This document shows, one piece after another, positions 57,413 to 64,000 of a DNA stretch of 64,000 nucleotides. The stretch's first letter is position 1, and every line of letters begins with the position of its first letter. Origin of the DNA: Candidatus Hermodarchaeota archaeon. Lineage in GTDB: Archaea > Asgardarchaeota > Hermodarchaeia > Hermodarchaeales > Hermodarchaeaceae. The notes beneath the pieces are model-generated. The model was not told where the DNA came from, did no database searches, and was given only the letters and a program-made list of their open reading frames with translations. The DNA is taken from NCBI GenBank assembly GCA_016839365.1, contig JAEOUH010000069.1, forward strand, positions 1 to 64,000. Direction: 5' to 3'. The position numbers were made by a program, and so were the translations under genes.

Positions 57413-57562
57413 GAAATCGCCACGTTTTTGCTCCTTATAACTGCTTTGTCAAATCAACCAACATTCATAAAAGGGATGAGTATCTGTGCTTGGAGTCTCA
57501 CGAACTTGAAGTAAACTTCTAATTATAAAAGGAGTTACACACGAAACCAATAGACTGCAAGG

Positions 57563-59497
57563 GTGGGCAACACGATGCCGATACACATCGAAGATGAGTT
57601 GTACCTTGATGAAAAGCAGGTCTTTTACAACCCAAACGACCAATGGTTTGTCGAATACCTCAAACTGTACTATGTCCACACCATAGATGGACAATATCTC
57701 TTTGGCAACACCCAGGCGGGTCGACGACCCGATCGTGCTTTCTACATTATCCCCGAAGGGTATAAACTGGGAAAAGGTCAACGCAGCTTCGACCGGAAAA
57801 TCGGACTCCAACTCTTTGAAGTTGTTCTCCAGTATCTCAAAACCGCCAAAGTCATCGTCCAGGATGGAATCCAAGGGGAAAGTGGATATAAGACAGGGCT
57901 TCGAATTGTACTCAGCGTAGAGAACCCCCATACAGCTTATATCACTTGGTTTGGCCGTTTGATGATTTATCCACCGGAAGAGAACATGAAAATCAATTGC
58001 TGGAACTATGTTGTACAGGAACGCTTACCCGGTGACTTAATCCGGGAAATTCAATCTTTCTGGCCCGCTTTTGACCCCGATGAGCCCCTTACGTTGTATG
58101 ACTTGACTCGTATGGACGAGGATCATCGTCGGGTGATGAGTCTACGGGTCGATTATTTTGGCGGAGCTTTTAAGAAACCCAACCTAACCATGGTCTGGAA
58201 TCGTGGGGAAGCTGATGGGTGCATATCCTATCACGCTGGTTGCACTAGTAGCCGTGTGCTTAAAGGCCTCTCAGGCACTGGCAAAACAACTCTTACTGTA
58301 GGCCCTCAACTTGAACAAGATGATGCTGTGCTTGGATTACCCAAACATAATGCTACGTCCAGGATAAGAGAGGTGCAACTAATCGGACTTGAAGCTGCAT
58401 CTTATGCGAAGAGTGAAGGCTTGGTGCCAGATAGCCCTGAATGGCCAGGGCTCATGAAGTCGAAGTATATCCAGCCTGATGGAACCAGACCAGTTGTTCT
58501 TGCCCAAAACATTGACTGTGAAGGAATTGAATATCGGATAGAAGAAATCGCCGGATATCACGTCAAGGTTCCTCGAGTGCTCCCTGGTCAACAGGTGGGC
58601 CACCTCCAACCAACACGTTACGAACAATCAGGAACTACCAATGGCCGGTTCGTCTTCCGTTTCTATGACCTGAATCCTGACTGGAAACCGGGATTACCCA
58701 AGAATCTACACACAGAAATGTTGTCATTTCGGCGATTTGACATCTTTCCCTTAGTCGTTCGCATCACTGACCCAGTCATGGCCGTCGCCCTTGATTCCGC
58801 CTGTGAATCAGTGATTACCTCCGCTATCGGCGGGAAGATACCTGGGACCCGAGTCCGCTCTTATGCCGCAACCGATTTCATGGCCCGTGAACAAAGCCAC
58901 CAAGCACTCCTCAAACTGGATATGTACACCGACATGAACCTTGGCCTTGATGGACAACTCGTATTCGCCATCGTAAATTCGGGATATGTGGGCGAATATG
59001 CCCTCGATGGGCAACAACGTCGGCGCCTTGATGAGAAAGGGCAACCTATACCAAAAATCGATGAAGCTACTGGAAAACCCTATCTAAACGCTCAAGGAAA
59101 ACCTGAATACCTGGGTTTAGGTGAAAAAATTAAAGTTGGCGACACCAAACTCCTTGTAACACTAACAGAAACCCGTGCAATTAAGACATGGCACCCGCAC
59201 CCAGTCTTCGGTGACGCCTACCTGATCCCAGACCCCACTGAACTAGAAGAAACCCATGGGCTCTCCAATTACCGGGAACGGTTCAATCCCCTCCGCTTCT
59301 ATTCACCCAAAGAATACTTGGCATTCTGCCTACATGATATTGATGAACGCAGCACCTATCTTAACGACCTGTTTTCCGGACAGGAACACGCAGACAAATT
59401 ACAACCAATCATCAACGTGTGGCGTAAGGTGACCCTTCCATCAGAAAAAACAATCCAGACCTTTTATGAAACCCACTTCGGGAAAATCAGCCCATGA
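57563..59497 (+). CDS. phosphoenolpyruvate carboxykinase (ATP)-like protein, divergent
   Basis: YFGGAFKK, YHAGC, GLSGTGKTTL, EQDD, LEAASYAK, TTNGR match PEPCK kinase-1/kinase-2 and substrate motifs. Confidence 0.78.
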   Translation: MGNTMPIHIEDELYLDEKQVFYNPNDQWFVEYLKLYYVHTIDGQYLFGNTQAGRRPDRAFYIIPEGYKLGKGQRSFDRKIGLQLFEVVLQYLKTAKVIVQDGIQGESGYKTGLRIVLSVENPHTAYITWFGRLMIYPPEENMKINCWNYVVQERLPGDLIREIQSFWPAFDPDEPLTLYDLTRMDEDHRRVMSLRVDYFGGAFKKPNLTMVWNRGEADGCISYHAGCTSSRVLKGLSGTGKTTLTVGPQLEQDDAVLGLPKHNATSRIREVQLIGLEAASYAKSEGLVPDSPEWPGLMKSKYIQPDGTRPVVLAQNIDCEGIEYRIEEIAGYHVKVPRVLPGQQVGHLQPTRYEQSGTTNGRFVFRFYDLNPDWKPGLPKNLHTEMLSFRRFDIFPLVVRITDPVMAVALDSACESVITSAIGGKIPGTRVRSYAATDFMAREQSHQALLKLDMYTDMNLGLDGQLVFAIVNSGYVGEYALDGQQRRRLDEKGQPIPKIDEATGKPYLNAQGKPEYLGLGEKIKVGDTKLLVTLTETRAIKTWHPHPVFGDAYLIPDPTELEETHGLSNYRERFNPLRFYSPKEYLAFCLHDIDERSTYLNDLFSGQEHADKLQPIINVWRKVTLPSEKTIQTFYETHFGKISP

Positions 59498-60264
59498 AAA
59501 GGTTCTCAAATGTGAAGATTTATGGCAAATTTGCACAGTTGTACGCATCAGGAGATTTTCCAGAATTCAGCGCACATATGGCACAGCTCCTTCCATCACT
59601 ATTAGACAAGTTTCAGATGCAACCTAAGACTATCTTGGACTTAGCATGTGGTGAGGGAACTTTCGCAGTTGCCATGGCAAAAGCGGGATTCAAGGTTTCT
59701 GGTATTGATCGATCATCAGAGATGCTCGACCTTGCCCGCAAGAAAGCCCAAGCCGCAAGCGTAACAATTCATTTTTATGAAATGGATATGCGACACCTTG
59801 AACTCAACACCACCTTTGATTTAGTTACGTGCTGGTTTGACAGCCTCAACTACCTCCTCGCCCTTGATGACCTTGAGAGTGTCTTCAACAGAGTGGCACG
59901 GCATTTAGAGCCTGGTGGTCATTTTGTCTTCGATATGAATACGATCTATTGGTTGACTACTCTCGCCCAACGCTATGCAGTAACACTTGAACGGGAAACG
60001 GAGAGCATTTTCCAAGTTCATCGCCATTCCTATGATGAGAATGCTCGTATCGCTACCTTTGAAATCACTGGTTTCATTAAGGATAATAGCTGCTGGAGGC
60101 GTCAAGTTGATGAAACGCATCATGAACGCGGATACACAATTGAAGAAATTCGTTCCTGTTTGAACAATGCCGGGCTCACTGAAATCGCCTGTTATGGGAA
60201 CCTTGAAGAAAGTCTCCCATATGCTCCTGAGAGTAAACGCGTATGGTTCATCACCCAAAAATAA
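59494..60264 (+). CDS. class I SAM-dependent methyltransferase
   Basis: ILDLACGEG, GIDRSSEML, DMR, FDLVTCWFDSLNY, LEPGGHFVFD. Confidence 0.9.
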   Translation: MKRFSNVKIYGKFAQLYASGDFPEFSAHMAQLLPSLLDKFQMQPKTILDLACGEGTFAVAMAKAGFKVSGIDRSSEMLDLARKKAQAASVTIHFYEMDMRHLELNTTFDLVTCWFDSLNYLLALDDLESVFNRVARHLEPGGHFVFDMNTIYWLTTLAQRYAVTLERETESIFQVHRHSYDENARIATFEITGFIKDNSCWRRQVDETHHERGYTIEEIRSCLNNAGLTEIACYGNLEESLPYAPESKRVWFITQK

Positions 60265-60269
60265 CTCAA

Positions 60270-60614
60270 CTATTTCTCCAAAACGAGCGCGTTCTGATAA
60301 CTTTTCATAACCCAGGGCATTACTTTCTTTAGTGCAAATCTATTCTTGACCAGGAGCTGTACCCATTTTTTCATCATGCGCTGGTCGGATTCAAAAGATT
60401 TCGCCCCGGGAAGCTCATAGGCCTCTGCCCTTTCGTTTTCCGATAAACGAGTTAGAACAACACCATCTGTTACAATGAAAGCAAACAGCTTCCCGCCAGC
60501 CTTGTAACACGGACAGCCAAACATCTTCTTAGTAGACAGATGGGGATGCTGCAAAATTTCTGCTTCGAATTCTTCGCGAATCGCTTTCATTTTCTCTTCA
60601 GAGTAAAATTTCAA
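60270..60614 (-). CDS. TfoX N-terminal domain-like protein
   Basis: KKMFGCPCYKAGGKLFAFI, MKKWVQ; TTG 60614 (or ATG 60650) start. Confidence 0.7.
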   Translation of the reverse strand: MKFYSEEKMKAIREEFEAEILQHPHLSTKKMFGCPCYKAGGKLFAFIVTDGVVLTRLSENERAEAYELPGAKSFESDQRMMKKWVQLLVKNRFALKKVMPWVMKSYQNALVLEK

Positions 60615-60720
60615 AGCCACCAACTCCGATTCGACTAGAACCTTTCCCATATGGCTTATAGATAATTTTAACAAGCCACTCCATATAAGACATCTGAAAC
60701 CAACACATACGTGAGAACAG

Positions 60721-61929
60721 GTGGTACAAATGGAAATCCGAAAACTAACCAAAGAGGACATGACTAAAGTTATCAAACTCCATCAATACAGCTACGGATT
60801 CTGGACCGACCATGATGTCCGTGACGAAGACCACAACTATATGATTCCTGAAAACAGCATCGGGCTCTTCGAAAACGATAATCTCGTTTCGGTTGCCACC
60901 ATTATGCATACCCAGCAATCAATTCGTGGTATCCTCAAGGGCATGGGCGGAATTTCCATGGTCTGCACCTATCCAGAAAAACGGATGAAAGGCTATGTCC
61001 GATCAATCATGCAAAGTGCCTTTCTTGAAATGAAAGAAGCTGAACTCTCAGTTAGCATGCTTGAACCCTTCCGGGAATCCTTCTACACAGACCTCGGCGA
61101 TGTCCCTGCCCATGACAAATACCGATTGAAAGCCCCTCTGAACGGCTTACGTGTACCACCAGACATTAGGATTGGTGATGAATGGACAGTTGAACGTATT
61201 CCAGGACACGAAGCTAAAGAACGCTATATGGCTTTCATCAAAGCCTTCGCACCAACCAAGTTTCATGGATTTGCCTACAACCCTTCAATCCGGGATGAGG
61301 AATGGCGCCGCCGCAACAAAGACCATCACTACGTCTTCATTAAGAAAGCCGGTCAAGTCGAAGCACTCGCTCGTTACACACTCAAAGGGTACATGCACTT
61401 TGAACAACCAGGAGAACTCATAATCAGAGAAATGTACTGGCGCTCCCTTCCCGCCCAAACTGCCCTCTTCCATTATCTGGGTAAACACCGGGATCAAATC
61501 CAAACCCTTCACATAATCTTGCCCTACGGAACCGATTTTCAACACTGGTTCGAACACCTCCAAGACTGGATTGAAATCAAGGTTTGGCACCCTTGGATGG
61601 TGCGTGTCATTGACGCCAAAGAAGCTCTTACAGGACTCCCCGTATCAACTGACGGCGAACTCACTTTCACACTGACAGATCCTCAGTGCGGCTGGAATAA
61701 CGGCACTTACCTACTCAAATCAAACAATGGTCAACTCGACGTGAGTATGACAAAACGGAGTGTCAAACTCGAAGCCTCAATCCAGGGGCTTAGTGCTCTT
61801 GTCTACGGCACTCATTCCATTGAAGCCCTTGAATATATTGGGTGGATAAAGGGAGTAAGCGACACCACCCGAAAACTCCTACATAACTGGTTCCCACAAC
61901 TACCGCTGTACAATCCCTACACTTTCTGA
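60721..61929 (+). CDS. Eis-like GNAT acetyltransferase (paralog of 49421-50632)
   Basis: GGISMVCTYPEKRMKG, SMLEPFRESFY, WMVRVID, CGWNNG, GLSALVYG. Confidence 0.88.
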   Translation: MVQMEIRKLTKEDMTKVIKLHQYSYGFWTDHDVRDEDHNYMIPENSIGLFENDNLVSVATIMHTQQSIRGILKGMGGISMVCTYPEKRMKGYVRSIMQSAFLEMKEAELSVSMLEPFRESFYTDLGDVPAHDKYRLKAPLNGLRVPPDIRIGDEWTVERIPGHEAKERYMAFIKAFAPTKFHGFAYNPSIRDEEWRRRNKDHHYVFIKKAGQVEALARYTLKGYMHFEQPGELIIREMYWRSLPAQTALFHYLGKHRDQIQTLHIILPYGTDFQHWFEHLQDWIEIKVWHPWMVRVIDAKEALTGLPVSTDGELTFTLTDPQCGWNNGTYLLKSNNGQLDVSMTKRSVKLEASIQGLSALVYGTHSIEALEYIGWIKGVSDTTRKLLHNWFPQLPLYNPYTF

Positions 61930-62180
61930 GTAGGGATTGTACCTTCGCCATAATCATCGCCACACGCTCCATTACCTTCCTTCTCACCATCCCCGGCATT
62001 GTTCAATCTGTCTTCATCACTTTCTATCCAGGTGGCATCTTGTCCTTCATCCTACTACCCATATAGGAGCCACAAAGTGGATTTGGTAAAAAAAGTCGAC
62101 AACCATCACTTATGGATGACACTCCGCAAAAATCATAAAGTCTAATACGCTTCCTCAAAGCTGGGAGGTGCGACGAACAA

Positions 62181-64000
62181 GTGGCCACTTCACGTACATT
62201 CGAACTCAACCCAGATTATACCCCAAGTGGTGATCAACCCAAAGCTATCCAGAAGCTCATCAAAGGCTACAAAGAGGGTAAACGCCAACAGACACTGTTA
62301 GGCGTGACAGGATCTGGCAAAACCTTTACAGTGGCCTATATTGTAGAAGCCCTCCAAAAACCGACGCTGGTCATTTCACCTAACAAGACCCTTGCTGCAC
62401 AACTCACAAGCATGTTCCGGGACTACTTCCCTGAAAACGCGGTAGAATATTACACCTCTTATTACGATTACTTTCAACCCGAAGCGTATATGCCCACATC
62501 AGATACCTACATCGAGAAAGATGCCTCAATTAACGAAGAAGTAGAACGGATGCGATTATCAGCGGTTGCCTCTCTTGCTGTCCGAAGAGATGTACTCATC
62601 GTTGCCACCGTCTCCTGCATCTACGGCATTGGAGCCCCTGGCTCCTATCGAAACCTAGTCGTAGAGCTTGCACAGGGTCAAGAGATTCCACGTGATGAGC
62701 TTTTCGCCCGGTTAGTCCATATAAACTATACCCGGAATGACTTTGACTTCCACCGAGGAACCTTCCGCGTTCGTGGTGACGTAATCGAGGTCTTCCCGGC
62801 CTATGCCAATCATCCAATTCGCCTTGAAACATTTGGTGATACCATTGAACGCATCGCCGACATTGCCCCAATCAAAGGAACAGTGCTCTACGAGCGCGAA
62901 AAAATCAAAATCTTCCCGGCAAAACAATTCACCACCGACCAGCGAATCCTTCCTGAAATCTTGGAACAAATCGAAGATGAACTCGAGGAACGGCTGAAGG
63001 AACTCGAGACTCAAGAGAAAATCCTGGAAGCTGACCGATTGCGACGACGTGTGAAATATGACATCGAAATGATGCGCTCTGTTGGATGGACCGGTGGCAT
63101 CGAGAACTATTCACGCTACTTTGATGGACGGAAACAAGGACAGAAACCCTACTGTCTATTAGATCATTACCCTGAGGACTTCCTCCTTGTAATTGATGAG
63201 TCCCACATCACTGTGCCACAAATTGGAGGGATGTATTATGGTGACTTATCCCGAAAACGAAACCTCGTTGATTACGGCTTTCGACTACCCTCCGCCTTTG
63301 ACAACCGTCCCCTAACCTTTGAAGAATTTGAACCCTATATGCGTACCGTTCTCTACACGTCTGCCACCCCCTCAAGTTATGAACGAAAGCATTCAGACAA
63401 GGTGGTAGAACAAATCATCCGCCCCACCGGGCTAGTGGACCCTAAAATCATCGTGCGACCTACCGAAGGACAAGTCGAAGACCTGCTAGGAGAGATCCGT
63501 ATTAGAGCCAAAAAAGATGAACGCGCCTTGGTGACTACTCTAACAAAACGCATGGCTGAAGACTTAGCTGATTACATGGTCCATGCTGGAGTCAAAGCCG
63601 AATATCTTCACTCCGAGGTCGGCACCCTTGAACGTATCGAGGTACTACGCAACCTACGTCAAGGTAAACACGAGGTAGTCGTTGGTATTAATTTACTGCG
63701 GGAAGGTCTGGACTTACCAGAAGTATCACTCGTAGCGATTCTCGATGCGGATAAGGAAGGCTTTCTCCGCTCCGATACCAGCCTAATTCAAATCATGGGA
63801 CGGGCAAGCCGAAATGTCAACGGAACAGTAATTCTGTATGCGGATCGGATGACTGATTCTATGACTCGGGCGATCACTGAAAACAATCGACGCCGAGCCA
63901 TGCAACTCAAGTACAACAAGGAACACGGCATCACTCCCACAACAATTGTGAAATCAATTACTGATATTGCTGAAGGAGTGGAACGTGTAACCGCGAGTTC
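62181..64000 (+). CDS. uvrB: excinuclease ABC subunit UvrB (runs off the window end)
   Basis: GTG 62181 after GGAGGTG; [65 protein letters not shown]; no stop before 64000, so it is absent from the ORF track. Confidence 0.96.
   Translation, partial: MATSRTFELNPDYTPSGDQPKAIQKLIKGYKEGKRQQTLLGVTGSGKTFTVAYIVEALQKPTLVISPNKTLAAQLTSMFRDYFPENAVEYYTSYYDYFQPEAYMPTSDTYIEKDASINEEVERMRLSAVASLAVRRDVLIVATVSCIYGIGAPGSYRNLVVELAQGQEIPRDELFARLVHINYTRNDFDFHRGTFRVRGDVIEVFPAYANHPIRLETFGDTIERIADIAPIKGTVLYEREKIKIFPAKQFTTDQRILPEILEQIEDELEERLKELETQEKILEADRLRRRVKYDIEMMRSVGWTGGIENYSRYFDGRKQGQKPYCLLDHYPEDFLLVIDESHITVPQIGGMYYGDLSRKRNLVDYGFRLPSAFDNRPLTFEEFEPYMRTVLYTSATPSSYERKHSDKVVEQIIRPTGLVDPKIIVRPTEGQVEDLLGEIRIRAKKDERALVTTLTKRMAEDLADYMVHAGVKAEYLHSEVGTLERIEVLRNLRQGKHEVVVGINLLREGLDLPEVSLVAILDADKEGFLRSDTSLIQIMGRASRNVNGTVILYADRMTDSMTRAITENNRRRAMQLKYNKEHGITPTTIVKSITDIAEGVERVTAS

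Noticed and set aside
57449-57931. 160-aa minus-strand ORF and the many other short overlapping ORFs in the track
   Set aside because: They overlap well-supported genes on the opposite strand or frame and lack motifs.
61930-62066. Hydrophobic open frame (FAIIIATRSITFLLTIPG...LLPI) after the second Eis gene
   Set aside because: No start codon or SD; too short to call, at most a gene remnant.
1-64000. CRISPR arrays, tRNA/rRNA genes, transposases, integrases
   Set aside because: No regularly spaced direct repeats, tRNA T-loop/acceptor signatures, rRNA-like stretches or DDE/tyrosine recombinase motifs were seen by eye; tRNAscan and Infernal would be needed to exclude small RNAs.

Overview
Gene-dense archaeal chromosomal window, most likely from an Asgard archaeon. 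This is inferred from two Rab-like small GTPases, a longin/uDENN-like protein, a presenilin-type protease, form III RuBisCO and archaeal SD/TATA-like signals; it needs phylogenetic confirmation. Most of the window is housekeeping or metabolic: pyruvate kinase, CoA-transferase pair, RuBisCO, a split Opp/Dpp ABC system, TrpB2, GGPP synthase, larBCE, malic enzyme, PEPCK-like protein, ADP-forming acyl-CoA synthetase and uvrB. The standout is a ~10 kb locus (38113-48369). In it, a complete ubiquitin-like conjugation set (Ubl ending ...EVG-Q, E2, RING-like finger, transglutaminase, plus a convergent JAB and E1) is transcribed divergently from a translationally coupled operon encoding an SMC5/6-type ATPase, a putative kleisin, an Nse1/Nse3-like KITE and a second RING-like finger. 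Tails of the Ubl-operon proteins carry repeated SIM-like motifs (RTSVRIL). This looks like a prokaryotic SMC5/6-Ubl (SUMO/STUbL-like) module. Other leads are a riboswitch-like pseudoknot leader on queT, a circularly permuted peptide-binding protein, a probable ATA-start larE behind a truncated larC, a nested inverted-repeat element, and catalytically altered helicase, HDAC and HAD proteins. No rRNA, tRNA, CRISPR array or transposase was recognised. All calls come from reading motifs by eye; no searches were run.
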